A stretch of DNA of 64,000 bases from Candidatus Zixiibacteriota bacterium. Its GTDB lineage: Bacteria; Zixibacteria; MSB-5A5; UBA10806; 4484-95. Within the stretch, counting starts at the first letter, position 1; each line of letters begins with the position of its first letter. The notes beneath the pieces were generated by a model. That model saw only the letters and a list, made by a program, of their open reading frames with translations, had not been told where the DNA came from and did no database searches. Of the stretch, positions 49,857 through 59,448 are shown piece by piece. Both the position numbers and the translations under genes were made by a program. The stretch lies in NCBI GenBank assembly GCA_037441845.1, contig JBBIRK010000004.1:32001-96000 (forward strand), in the 5' to 3' direction.

Positions 49857-50555
49857 ATGACGAAAATCGAAAATTCAAATCCCGAGGAGCTGCGGTTCAA
49901 TTATCTCGGCTTCGATTATGTTCCCGGGAGAATCAAGGAATTCTGGGAGTCGGAAGCCGAGCGGAAGAAGTATCTCGAAAAAATCCAGCAGCAGGCCGCC
50001 GCCGGCTCCAGGCCGGAAAGGGATTTTTCTATCGTGAACGCCGGCCAGCTCGGCAAATCCGATCGATTGATGATATCGCTGGGTTCGGTGGTTCTGATTT
50101 TGTCTTTAATATTGCCTTACTATAGTTTCACGGCTTACGGCAAGCAGGTATCGGGGATCGCCATAGGATTCTTGTTGAATCTCGGTTATGTGGGAAATTT
50201 CGTCGCCTGGGGGAATCTGGCGATGAAATCGACGTTGGTTTTGGCGGTGCTGTTGATTTTCGTGAGCCCCATAGTCGGGATCATAAATCTAATCGCCTTG
50301 AACGGCGATCGGACCAAAGAGAACTACTATAAGAAAGTGAAATCGGCGAGTCGACTGAATCTATATGCTTTGCTTCTTTATTTCTTGCTATTGGTATTGG
50401 TGATTTCATCGCAGCCGAATCCGTTCGGTTCGCTGGGTATAAGCGCGCTGGGCGAAAGTTTCAACCTCGGTAGTTTTATCAGAATGGCGGGGTTCGGAAT
50501 CTGGCTTAATATCGGCGCTCATCTGCTCGGCATGATTCCGGCGCTGGAGTTGTAG
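49857..50555 (+). CDS. Hypothetical membrane protein
   Basis: Soluble N-terminus followed by several TM segments; good SD; in operon. Confidence 0.7.
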   Translation: MTKIENSNPEELRFNYLGFDYVPGRIKEFWESEAERKKYLEKIQQQAAAGSRPERDFSIVNAGQLGKSDRLMISLGSVVLILSLILPYYSFTAYGKQVSGIAIGFLLNLGYVGNFVAWGNLAMKSTLVLAVLLIFVSPIVGIINLIALNGDRTKENYYKKVKSASRLNLYALLLYFLLLVLVISSQPNPFGSLGISALGESFNLGSFIRMAGFGIWLNIGAHLLGMIPALEL

Positions 50556-50587
50556 ATAGTATCATATATTCAAATAGGAGGAATTAA

Positions 50588-51319
50588 GTGAAACAATCGG
50601 TGTTTATCATCGTATTGCTGCTGATCTCCGTGGCCGTCGGCTTCATTATCTGGGGAATGTTTCTCCCGGATTATCTGAGAGAGGGCGGACCACTGGTGGC
50701 GGTGTTGATCGCGCTGCTGGTTTTGAATCTCGGATTCATAATCGAACGTTGGCTGACCCTGCGCATAGCCCGGGGAACATCTTCGGTGCAGGCTTTTTTC
50801 AAGAAAGTCATCACTCTGCTGCGCGCCGACGATTACGATGGCGCGATCGCCGCATGCGATAAGCAGCGCGGCAGTATCGCCAATATTCTGCGCGCGGGAA
50901 TCGAACGTTACAAGAATGCCAGGGTGGATAAAACCATGACTTCCGAAAAAAGATTGGCCGAGACTCAAAGGGCTATCGAAGAGGCAAATGCTCTCGAAGT
51001 CCCATTGCTTGAAAGAAACCTGATCGCCTTGTCGACCATCGCTTCTATCGCCACCATGGTCGGTCTGCTTGGTACGACGATCGGTATGATCCGCGCGTTT
51101 TCGGCCACCGGTCATCGCAAGGGCGGAGTGATCGATGCCCAGCAGCTGGCGGTCGGTATATCGGAAGCGCTGGTCAATACCGCCGGAGGGTTGGCCACGG
51201 CGATCATGGGGATCGTTGCCTATAACGTTTTCGTCAACAAGGTTGACACTTTCAACTATACTATCGAAGAGGCGGCCTACGAGGTCGTGCAGTTGATTAA
51301 AGAGAAGGAAGGGCATTGA
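50588..51319 (+). CDS. exbB: MotA/TolQ/ExbB proton channel protein
   Basis: GLLGT.IGMIRAF, GISEALVNTA.GL. Confidence 0.92.
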   Translation: MKQSVFIIVLLLISVAVGFIIWGMFLPDYLREGGPLVAVLIALLVLNLGFIIERWLTLRIARGTSSVQAFFKKVITLLRADDYDGAIAACDKQRGSIANILRAGIERYKNARVDKTMTSEKRLAETQRAIEEANALEVPLLERNLIALSTIASIATMVGLLGTTIGMIRAFSATGHRKGGVIDAQQLAVGISEALVNTAGGLATAIMGIVAYNVFVNKVDTFNYTIEEAAYEVVQLIKEKEGH

Positions 51320-51786
51320 TGGCCAAGAAGCCGAGAAGAAGAATCGGAATCGCCATCGATATGACGCCAATGGTCGATATCGGCTTTTTGCTGCTGATAT
51401 TTTATATGACCACGACGCAGTTCAAGCCGCCGGAACGCGAACATGTCACAATTCCCGCTTCTCACTCGGAGATCAAGGTCCCCGATGCCGGACTGATTAA
51501 CATTACTATCAACAAGAATGATAATATCTTCATCGAATACGTAACCAAAAACGATTCCACCGGGGAGATTTATCGTGAGTCACCCGAGGTCACGATCAAT
51601 ACGCTGAATTACGAGCTGACCAAAGCCCGCTTGAAATATCCCACGGCTTACATACTGATCAAGGCCGACAAAGAATCGCATTATGGAACCATGCGTTCGG
51701 TCATGTCGACTCTCCAGGATCTCAAGATCGATCATTTCTCGTTGATGACGGAATTCAAAACCGATCCGATCCAAGCGGGAATGTAA
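51319..51786 (+). CDS. exbD: ExbD/TolR protein
   Basis: IDMTPMVDIGFLLLIFYM, IKADK. Confidence 0.9.
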   Translation: MAKKPRRRIGIAIDMTPMVDIGFLLLIFYMTTTQFKPPEREHVTIPASHSEIKVPDAGLINITINKNDNIFIEYVTKNDSTGEIYRESPEVTINTLNYELTKARLKYPTAYILIKADKESHYGTMRSVMSTLQDLKIDHFSLMTEFKTDPIQAGM

Positions 51787-51800
51787 GGAGGTGATTTCTC

Positions 51801-52388
51801 GTGGGAGCCGTTGACCAACCGCAACGACAGGTAAAAACCAAGGGCAAAGGTTTACGTCGCCCCAAACGCCGTATCGGTATCAGAATCGATATGACGCCTA
51901 TGGTTGACATCGCGTTCTTGTTGTTGATTTTCTATATGGTAACGACCATTTTCTCCGCGCCTCAGTCCATGGAAATCGCCTTGCCGCCGAAAGACGCAAC
52001 TTCGCCGATCGAAATCGGGAAATCGCGGATTCTTGAACTGATGGTGGACAGCGATGATAATATATTCTGGCTGCATTCGCCGGGTCAGGTGAATATGGAG
52101 CTGCCCGAATATCTGAAACCTTCGGAACTGCGCCAATTCCTCATTAAGAAAAATCAGGATTACCCCGGTCTGGTGACGATTCTGCGCTTCGATAAGGACA
52201 GCAAATACGAAACGATGGTGTTCATTTTCGATGAAATACAAGTCGTCGAAAGGTTGTTCAAACAGACAGACCCGAAATGGTCGTATCGGCGCAGTTTGCA
52301 GGATATGACCGTCTGGGAATATCAGCTCATGGAGAAAGCCAAAGCGGCCATGGGCGGCATTCCCAAATCCACAGGGGGTGCATCATGA
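51801..52388 (+). CDS. exbD: ExbD/TolR protein (second copy)
   Basis: IDMTPMVDIAFLLLIFYMV. Confidence 0.9.
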   Translation: MGAVDQPQRQVKTKGKGLRRPKRRIGIRIDMTPMVDIAFLLLIFYMVTTIFSAPQSMEIALPPKDATSPIEIGKSRILELMVDSDDNIFWLHSPGQVNMELPEYLKPSELRQFLIKKNQDYPGLVTILRFDKDSKYETMVFIFDEIQVVERLFKQTDPKWSYRRSLQDMTVWEYQLMEKAKAAMGGIPKSTGGAS

Positions 52389-53122
52389 ACAAATCGACCG
52401 CAATTCTTTCCGGCTACGGCCTTTTCGAATTGAAACGGGCCTATCGGAAAAACATGGCGATCGGCGTGCTGGCCTCGAGCGCATTTTTTCTTATTGTGGT
52501 GGGTGGAACAACGCTTGCCTATCACCTTTTGACCAAGGCGCCCGAAGCGGTGGGTACCATCACTCTTAAAACGATTCAGGACCTTGGAACTCCGCCGGCC
52601 TTATCTCAGCAAGATGTGCCGATACAGATTCAGGTTCAACAGGCGGTTCAGCCGTCGGTGGGTGTGCCGACGCCGGTGCCGGATGAGCAGGCCCCCGAAG
52701 ATGTGCAGGCGGCCACCCAGGATGAGTTGGCTCAGATGGCGGCACCGGCACCGATTCTGAATCTCGATGAAATCGGCAACAAGGCTATTGAGGTCGAGAA
52801 TATGAATGATCTTCTGCCGTCGCCGGACGAATTCGTCGCCTACGAGGAGCCGCCGGTGCAAATCGAGGCGGTTCAGCCTGAGTATCCGGATCTTGCCCGA
52901 AGGGCGGGGGTTGAGGGCGTGGTCTGGGTAAAATCGCTGGTGGATAAGGAAGGCAAGGTCCGCGATGTCATCATTCTGAAAGAATCCGGCGCCAAGGCTG
53001 GATTCGAGGAGGCGGCTATCGAAGCGGCCAAGAAGACCCTCTGGAAACCGGCGATTTCCAACGGCCAGCCCGTTGCCGTTTGGGTTTCTTATAAAATCAT
53101 CTTCACTCTGAAGTCGAATTAG
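52385..53122 (+). CDS. tonB: TonB family energy transducer
   Basis: N-terminal TM, Pro-rich linker, PEYP..ARR.GVEG.V.V...VD..G.V, W.PA...G.PV. Confidence 0.9.
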   Translation: MNKSTAILSGYGLFELKRAYRKNMAIGVLASSAFFLIVVGGTTLAYHLLTKAPEAVGTITLKTIQDLGTPPALSQQDVPIQIQVQQAVQPSVGVPTPVPDEQAPEDVQAATQDELAQMAAPAPILNLDEIGNKAIEVENMNDLLPSPDEFVAYEEPPVQIEAVQPEYPDLARRAGVEGVVWVKSLVDKEGKVRDVIILKESGAKAGFEEAAIEAAKKTLWKPAISNGQPVAVWVSYKIIFTLKSN

Positions 53123-53146
53123 CGAAATCCGTTTTGGGGATTTCAG

Positions 53147-53171
53147 CGCCCGGAAATTCCGGGCGTTTTTT
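53147..53171 (+). terminator. Intrinsic terminator
   Basis: CGCCCGGA...TCCGGGCG stem followed by T6. Confidence 0.85.
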
Positions 53172-53204
53172 ATTTGCGGCGGTTTGATCGAAAGAAGAAA
53201 ACGA

Positions 53205-53233
53205 TTGCTTATCACGGCGGGTTCTGGTAAAAT
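53205..53233 (+). promoter_or_regulatory. Sigma-70 promoter, leaderless arrangement
   Basis: TTGCTT-17 nt-TAAAAT with TGn extension, then 6 nt to ATG 53240. Confidence 0.62.
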
Positions 53234-53239
53234 TCGCCT

Positions 53240-53866
53240 ATGCCCATATCATTATTACGAATTTTAATGATTTCATCGTTGATTTTGCCTTTGAGTCGTG
53301 CCGCTCAACTCGAATTTTCCGCGGGTCTGGCATACGATCACCCGATAGACAAAACACTGCCGGGACTTTCCTCGGGTTATGGTTGGCAGTTCATGATCGG
53401 AATTATGCCATTTACTCGAGGAGGGATTTCGGTCAATGTCAATTCCACACTTCATAATTTCGATGCCGGAGTCAGCGGAAACAGGGTGATAGAGGGCGAT
53501 TCGCGCCGAACAGCCATAGGGATAATGGGTCATTGGCGGTTCGCCGTCATCGGAAAGACCGAATTCGAATCTTATTTGGGCGCCGGATTCAACAGTATCG
53601 GGGGAGGTGACAGCAGCGGCGGCTATGTCGAATATCCGGATGTCGATAAGGATCAAATCGGCTACAGCGGCTGGGGCTTGATATTCGGTGCAGGCATGGT
53701 TCGACCAATCGCGGCTCGCTATTATATCCAGTTCAACATTCGGGCCAATATGGTCAAATACGGCACGTATCACTTTATCGATCGGGAATTTGAAGCGTCG
53801 AAACCCGGCGATTCGATCGCCGCGAATCTCGGCATAATCTACCGCATAGACTTTTCGAGGTTTTGA
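53240..53866 (+). CDS. Small outer-membrane beta-barrel protein
   Basis: Signal peptide, amphipathic strands (SYLGAG, LGIIYR), terminal Phe. Confidence 0.65.
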   Translation: MPISLLRILMISSLILPLSRAAQLEFSAGLAYDHPIDKTLPGLSSGYGWQFMIGIMPFTRGGISVNVNSTLHNFDAGVSGNRVIEGDSRRTAIGIMGHWRFAVIGKTEFESYLGAGFNSIGGGDSSGGYVEYPDVDKDQIGYSGWGLIFGAGMVRPIAARYYIQFNIRANMVKYGTYHFIDREFEASKPGDSIAANLGIIYRIDFSRF

Positions 53867-53957
53867 TCGATTTAAGCGGCCTGACATGTTCGCATTATGA
53901 AACAATGGTCAATGAAATCCGTTATATAAAATAAGTAACTCTTGCCAAGGAGAGCGA

Positions 53958-54698
53958 ATGAGTGAGCAACTTGTTCAGAACGATCGGGCAGCCAAGTCCG
54001 AGGGCGGCCTCGGCTTTTGGGGAAGGTTGATCAATATCTATGTCAATCCGCGTAAAGCGTTTCAGGCGATAGATGATCGGCCGACCTGGCTGATGCCCTT
54101 GATTTTGATCGGATTGATAGCGATTTTGGCGACGCAGCTCATGTTTCCTGTAATCATGCAGAGCCAGCTGGAAAAAATCCGGAGTATGCCCAATATCCCT
54201 CCGGAACAGCTGGCGGCCATCGAGAAGCAATTCACCGAGAATTCCTCGCAGCAGAGGATTTTGACTCTGGTGTCTCAGGCCGTAGTCATGCCGATTATTT
54301 TTCTGCTTATCTCGGCCATTTTTTATTTCGTAGGATCGGTTCTGCTGGGCGGCGATACCAAATTCAAAAAAGTTCTCGCAGTATTTTGCTGGGCTTCGTG
54401 CATTTCCATTCTGGGAACGTTGGTGGTCGCCCCATTGGTCATGGCCAAGGGGAATTTCAACGTTTCGATATCGCCGGCGCTCTTGCTTCCCGGCGACAGC
54501 ATTGGGACGACGATTCATACGTTATTGTCGAAATTCGATTTCTTCACCATATGGTCGCTGGCAGTGTTCGCGCTCGGCTTTTCGATCATATATCGTTTCA
54601 GCGTCGCCAAGGGCTACATAACCGTTTTCGTAATTTGGGGAATCTGGATCGCGATAAGCACCGCTTTTGCGGGAATATTCAGTCGGTTCGGAATGTAA
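53958..54698 (+). CDS. Yip1/YknW-like membrane protein
   Basis: NP.KAF..I...PTW..P, FDFF.IW; five TM helices. Confidence 0.82.
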   Translation: MSEQLVQNDRAAKSEGGLGFWGRLINIYVNPRKAFQAIDDRPTWLMPLILIGLIAILATQLMFPVIMQSQLEKIRSMPNIPPEQLAAIEKQFTENSSQQRILTLVSQAVVMPIIFLLISAIFYFVGSVLLGGDTKFKKVLAVFCWASCISILGTLVVAPLVMAKGNFNVSISPALLLPGDSIGTTIHTLLSKFDFFTIWSLAVFALGFSIIYRFSVAKGYITVFVIWGIWIAISTAFAGIFSRFGM

Positions 54699-54710
54699 AA
54701 AGGAGAAGTC

Positions 54711-56033
54711 ATGAATTTCTGGCGCTGGGTTTCTTCGGTCGCATCTATGGTTGTTTTGGGTTTCGCTTCGGCTGGCGCCGAGGTGTATGACCTTGCCAAA
54801 TGCATACAAACCGCTCTCGAAAACAACTATGGCGTGATTTCCTCGAGAAACGCCTATGATGCCGCCCGCTGGAACGTCTGGTCCGGCTATGGTAGGATAT
54901 TGCCGCGGATTTCGATTTCGGTGGATAGGAATCGGAGTTGGTTCCCGATGACCCAATCGACCTATTATATCAACGGTATTCCGTTCACGAGCAGCCAGGG
55001 AGGCGCCCGCATCAATTACGGCAGTGACCTGAATATCGGCCAGAGTTTCGCCGGACTGGGACTCGGGTTGTATGCCGATATACGCCAGAAACATGCCCAG
55101 AAAAATTACTATTATTACAGTTATATCGATGCGAGAAGAAATCTCGTCTTGGGAGTCAAAGAGGCGTATTTCAACGTGGTCAAGGCCAGACTTCTGGTGG
55201 AGGTCGCCCAGCAGGCGGTCAAACGCGGCGAGGAGCAGCTTAAAGTGGCTCAAACCAGATATGATCTGGGTTCGGCGTCGTTTTCGGACGTGTTGAAAGC
55301 GAGAGTATTGCGATCCAATGCCAAAGTCGATCTGGTCACGGCCGAAAATAATTTGAATCTGGCCAAGGCTAATCTCAATTACATCCTTGGGGTGGAAATC
55401 ACCAGAGATATCGAGGTGACCGAGGATTTTCAGGAGCCGGATTTGCAAATCACCTATGACGGCGCGCTGGCCGAGGCGTTGCGCAATAACGCCGAGCTGT
55501 TGCGGACGAAATACGACCTCGACATCGCCAAGATGAATCTTCTGAACGCCAAGGCGCAGTTTCTGCCCGCCCTTTCTTTTAATCTTCGTTACAGCAATGC
55601 CGCCGACAAATTCGATGAGCTGATGGATTTCCGGGGATCCAATTCCTCGAGCGGTTTCGGAGTGGCGCTTACCTATTCCATCTTCAACAACTTTTCCGAT
55701 ATGGCCGGCTGGATCGCCCAGCGGAAACTGGTGAACACGCAAAAGCGCGGCCTTTCCGATACGGAAAACGCGATCGCCCTCGAAGTCAAGCAGGCTTTTC
55801 TGAACGTGCAGCAGGGAAAAGAAAAGCTGGCCTTGAACAGGGAATCGGTCGCCGCCGCTCAAGAAGATCTGAATATAGTCAAGGAAAAATACAATCTCGG
55901 CGCCGCCACCATTATCGAGGTGCTGGATGCCGAGGTTTCGTACAAGCAGGCTCAGGTGGGACAAGTGCAGGCGCTTTTCGATTATAATCTGGCCATATCC
56001 AGGCTGGAGAAAACAATGGGCAGGCAGGAGTAA
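54711..56033 (+). CDS. TolC-family outer-membrane efflux protein
   Basis: ALENN, VKEAYFNV, RYDLG, KYNLG...IIEVLDA; twofold internal repeat. Confidence 0.9.
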   Translation: MNFWRWVSSVASMVVLGFASAGAEVYDLAKCIQTALENNYGVISSRNAYDAARWNVWSGYGRILPRISISVDRNRSWFPMTQSTYYINGIPFTSSQGGARINYGSDLNIGQSFAGLGLGLYADIRQKHAQKNYYYYSYIDARRNLVLGVKEAYFNVVKARLLVEVAQQAVKRGEEQLKVAQTRYDLGSASFSDVLKARVLRSNAKVDLVTAENNLNLAKANLNYILGVEITRDIEVTEDFQEPDLQITYDGALAEALRNNAELLRTKYDLDIAKMNLLNAKAQFLPALSFNLRYSNAADKFDELMDFRGSNSSSGFGVALTYSIFNNFSDMAGWIAQRKLVNTQKRGLSDTENAIALEVKQAFLNVQQGKEKLALNRESVAAAQEDLNIVKEKYNLGAATIIEVLDAEVSYKQAQVGQVQALFDYNLAISRLEKTMGRQE

Positions 56034-56036
56034 GAT

Positions 56037-57305
56037 ATGAAGAAACGGACGAAACTGATTCTGATCGCCGGCGGCGCAACGATTCTGGTTATTTTCATAA
56101 TAATAGCCGCAGTGAAAAATCAGGAAAAATTGATACCTGTCACCGTCGAGCCCGTCGAAAAAGGTAAAATAGTTTCGGTAGTCACCGCCTCGGGCAAAGT
56201 GGAGGCAAGGGTTAATGTCAATATATCCTCCGATGTCATGGGGAAAATAATCAATCTGCCGGTGGTCGAGGGACAGCAGGTGGAGAAAGGCGACCTGTTG
56301 GTGGAAATCGACCGGACGCAAAGTCTGGCAGAGGTGGACCAGATGCGGGCGATGTTGGCCTCGGCGAAAATCGAACTCGAGCATGCCCAGATCAATTTCG
56401 ATCGGCAAAAACAACTTTACGAACGAAAGCTGATTTCACAGGCGGAATTTGATCTGGCGCGAAATGCGCTCGATAGGTCGGTCCAGGTGGTCAAGCAATA
56501 TTCCGCCAATCTCGATCGCGCCATCGATCAGCTGGAGAAATATACGATCAGGGCGCCGGTTTCGGGAACGATAACCAGCCTTAATTCCAAACTGGGGGAA
56601 AACGTAATTTTGGGCACCATGAATAATCCCGGGACGGTGATCATGGTGATTTCCGATCTTTCGGCGATCGTCATAAAGGCAAATGTCGATGAGACCGATA
56701 TAGCCTCATTGGCCCTGAACCAGGATGTCGATATCGCTTTGGATGCCTACCCCGATACGATTTTCAAGGGGAAAGTCATCGAGATCGGCAACGCAGCCAA
56801 ATCCAGCGTTTTCGGGACGCAGGACCAGGTGACCAATTTCGAGGTGACCATCCTGATCAGCGACACCATACCCGGAATCAAGCCGGGAATGAACGCCTCG
56901 GTTGACATAACCACAAACGTGCGCGATAACGTTCTGAAAATTCCGATACAGGCAGTGGTTATGCGTTCCCCCGAGGACACGGTAACCGCCGCAAAAGGGG
57001 GATCGAAAACGATCGCCATGGCTGCCGAAGAAGAAGGAGCACCGAAGCGGGAGAAGTCAAGCCGAATCGACCGCGGCGATGAAATCTACGGTGTCTTTTT
57101 GGCCGAAAATAAAAGCGCTCGTTTCGTCCCCGTGAAGACGGGGATCTCCGACCAGCAATATATCGAAGTGATAGCCGGCCTTAGTGAGGGACAGAAAATA
57201 GTGACCGGTACCTATAAGACGCTGCGCACTCTGAAGAGCGGTGACAAGATCAAACCCAAAGAAAAGAACTTCAAGGAATCGCATACGGCCGCCGGACAAT
57301 CATAA
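56037..57305 (+). CDS. MacA-like periplasmic adaptor (MFP)
   Basis: ASGKV, V.EGQ.V.KGDLL, IRAP.SG, VDETDI, KPGMNA. Confidence 0.92.
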   Translation: MKKRTKLILIAGGATILVIFIIIAAVKNQEKLIPVTVEPVEKGKIVSVVTASGKVEARVNVNISSDVMGKIINLPVVEGQQVEKGDLLVEIDRTQSLAEVDQMRAMLASAKIELEHAQINFDRQKQLYERKLISQAEFDLARNALDRSVQVVKQYSANLDRAIDQLEKYTIRAPVSGTITSLNSKLGENVILGTMNNPGTVIMVISDLSAIVIKANVDETDIASLALNQDVDIALDAYPDTIFKGKVIEIGNAAKSSVFGTQDQVTNFEVTILISDTIPGIKPGMNASVDITTNVRDNVLKIPIQAVVMRSPEDTVTAAKGGSKTIAMAAEEEGAPKREKSSRIDRGDEIYGVFLAENKSARFVPVKTGISDQQYIEVIAGLSEGQKIVTGTYKTLRTLKSGDKIKPKEKNFKESHTAAGQS

Positions 57306-57325
57306 CTGATCCAGTTGGAGGAAAA

Positions 57326-58018
57326 TTGCTGATAGACACGAGGAATATCTGGAAAACATATCAAATGGGATCGGAATCGATCCATGCCCTACGCGACGTA
57401 ACCATTCAAATCGAACGAGGTGAATACGTCGCCATAATGGGGCCCTCCGGATCGGGGAAATCGACCTTGATGAACCTGATCGGCTGTTTGGATACCCCAT
57501 CGCAGGGGGAATATTACTTGAACGGCAAGTTGGTCTCCGCCATGAACGACGATGAACTCGCTCATATAAGAAATAAAGAGATCGGGTTCGTTTTTCAGAC
57601 GTTCAATCTTCTACCGCGTGCCACCGCTCTGCACAATGTCGAGTTACCCCTGATTTACAACGGAACGCCTTCCGCGGAAAGGATTCGGCGTGCCCGCGCC
57701 GCGCTCGATATGGTGGGGCTTTCCGATAGAATCGGGCACAAGCCGAACGAGCTATCGGGAGGTCAAAGACAAAAAGTCGCCATAGCCCGCGCCCTTGCGA
57801 ATAACCCATCGCTGATTCTGGCCGACGAACCCACCGGCAATCTCGATTCGAAATCCGGCGCCGATATCATGTCCTTGCTTACCGAATTGAACCGTGCCGG
57901 CAACACGATCTTGGTGGTCACTCATGAGCGCGAAGTCGCGCATTATACCAATCGAATCATTTACCTTCGCGACGGAAAAATAGAAAAGGAAGAACGCCAG
58001 GTCGGCTTGAAAGCGTGA
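57326..58018 (+). CDS. MacB/LolD-type ABC ATPase
   Basis: [30 protein letters not shown]. Confidence 0.95.
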   Translation: MLIDTRNIWKTYQMGSESIHALRDVTIQIERGEYVAIMGPSGSGKSTLMNLIGCLDTPSQGEYYLNGKLVSAMNDDELAHIRNKEIGFVFQTFNLLPRATALHNVELPLIYNGTPSAERIRRARAALDMVGLSDRIGHKPNELSGGQRQKVAIARALANNPSLILADEPTGNLDSKSGADIMSLLTELNRAGNTILVVTHEREVAHYTNRIIYLRDGKIEKEERQVGLKA

Positions 58019-58019
58019 T

Positions 58020-59267
58020 GTGATGCCGCCGAAGTTTTCCGGAGTCTTGCACGAGCTTTTGGAAGGTATGTTGATCGCATTCCGGGCGATCCGAGCCAAC
58101 AAGCTCAGGTCGTTTTTGACTTTGATAGGTGTAGTGATCGGGGTGGCTACGGTGATAGCCGTGGTATCGGTAATCAACGGAATGAACAATTACGTATCGA
58201 ACAAGATCAACTCCATGGGATCATCCACGTTCATCGTGGACCGCTTCGGATTGATAACTTCGGAGGACGATTATTTCAAGGCGCTGAGGCGCAAAAAGCT
58301 GACGCTTAAGGATCTCGATGCTATAAAGCGTTATTGCTCGGATTGTATTGATGCCGGCGCGCACGCGGAGATGCAGGTCAAAGTTAAGTATGGTTCTCAA
58401 TATCTCGAAGATGTCTGGGGGTTCGGCGCTACCGCCAACTTCATCGAAATTTCCGATATCGACGTCGCCTCGGGCAGGGGATTCACCGACGATGATGATC
58501 GTCACCGCCGCGCCGTATGCGTAATCGGCCCCGATATCGCCGAAAACCTTTTCCACGGCAAAGATCCACTCGATAAGGACATAAAAGTCGATCACTATTA
58601 TCTTCGGGTGATCGGCGTCGGCACAAAACGCGGTTCTTTCCTCGGCCAGAATCAGGATTATTGGGTCGCCATGCCGTTCAGAACTTTTTCCAAATACTAT
58701 GGGAAACGTCTGGATTTGACGCTGCATATTCGGGCTGCTTCAGTCTCTACCATGGAAGAAGCTCAAGATCAGGTCAGGCTGATTTTACGCAATCGCCGCG
58801 GCGATAAATATAAGGATCCCGATAGTTTCGGCATCTTTACGGCCGCCTCGCTTATGGAGCTTTACAACAATTTCACCTCGACGGCCTGGATCGTGTTAAT
58901 AGGCGTTTCGAGCATATCGCTGGTGGTCGGCGGAATAGTCATAATGAATATAATGCTGGTCAGCGTCACCGAAAGAACCCGCGAAATCGGCATCAGAAAA
59001 GCGATCGGCGCCCGTAGAAAGGATATCCTCTGGCAATTTTTGGTGGAATCGGTAAGCCTTTCCGCGTTGGGCGGCATAATCGGAATCCTTTTGGGGGTAG
59101 GTATGGCTTTGATTATAGGCAAATTTTCACCTCTACCGGCGGCCATTGAAGCCTGGGCAGTAATCGCCGGGCTCTTGATAGCAAGTTCGGTAGGTATATT
59201 TTTCGGTCTTTTTCCCGCAGTCCGGGCGGCGCGTCTCGATCCGGTCGAATGTTTGAGGTATGAATAA
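58020..59267 (+). CDS. MacB/FtsX-type ABC permease
   Basis: NKLRSFLT..GV.IGV, VGGI.IMNIMLVSVTERTREIGIRKA.GA. Confidence 0.93.
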   Translation: MMPPKFSGVLHELLEGMLIAFRAIRANKLRSFLTLIGVVIGVATVIAVVSVINGMNNYVSNKINSMGSSTFIVDRFGLITSEDDYFKALRRKKLTLKDLDAIKRYCSDCIDAGAHAEMQVKVKYGSQYLEDVWGFGATANFIEISDIDVASGRGFTDDDDRHRRAVCVIGPDIAENLFHGKDPLDKDIKVDHYYLRVIGVGTKRGSFLGQNQDYWVAMPFRTFSKYYGKRLDLTLHIRAASVSTMEEAQDQVRLILRNRRGDKYKDPDSFGIFTAASLMELYNNFTSTAWIVLIGVSSISLVVGGIVIMNIMLVSVTERTREIGIRKAIGARRKDILWQFLVESVSLSALGGIIGILLGVGMALIIGKFSPLPAAIEAWAVIAGLLIASSVGIFFGLFPAVRAARLDPVECLRYE

Positions 59268-59448
59268 GCGGAATTTAGGCAAATGGATTTTGGTCTTATT
59301 GGCCCTGATAGCGATCTATCAGTGGCTGAAAGGCCCGATCAACACGTTCAACACGATCGTATTTGCGGCAACCTTGATATTGCTCTGGGTTCTTTTCGAG
59401 GTAGCCTACTCGCTGGGCCGCAAAGAAAAAGATGCTGAAAGTAGTTGA
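59260..59448 (+). CDS. Small two-TM protein
   Basis: 62 aa with two hydrophobic helices; overlaps both flanking permease genes. Confidence 0.55.
   Translation: MNKRNLGKWILVLLALIAIYQWLKGPINTFNTIVFAATLILLWVLFEVAYSLGRKEKDAESS

Noticed and set aside
54522..56414. 630-aa minus-strand ORF
   Set aside because: Antisense shadow of the TolC and MFP genes, with no motifs. The same applies to the other long antisense ORFs (250-1032, 24647-25627, 27920-28915, 31910-33028, 40886-41917).
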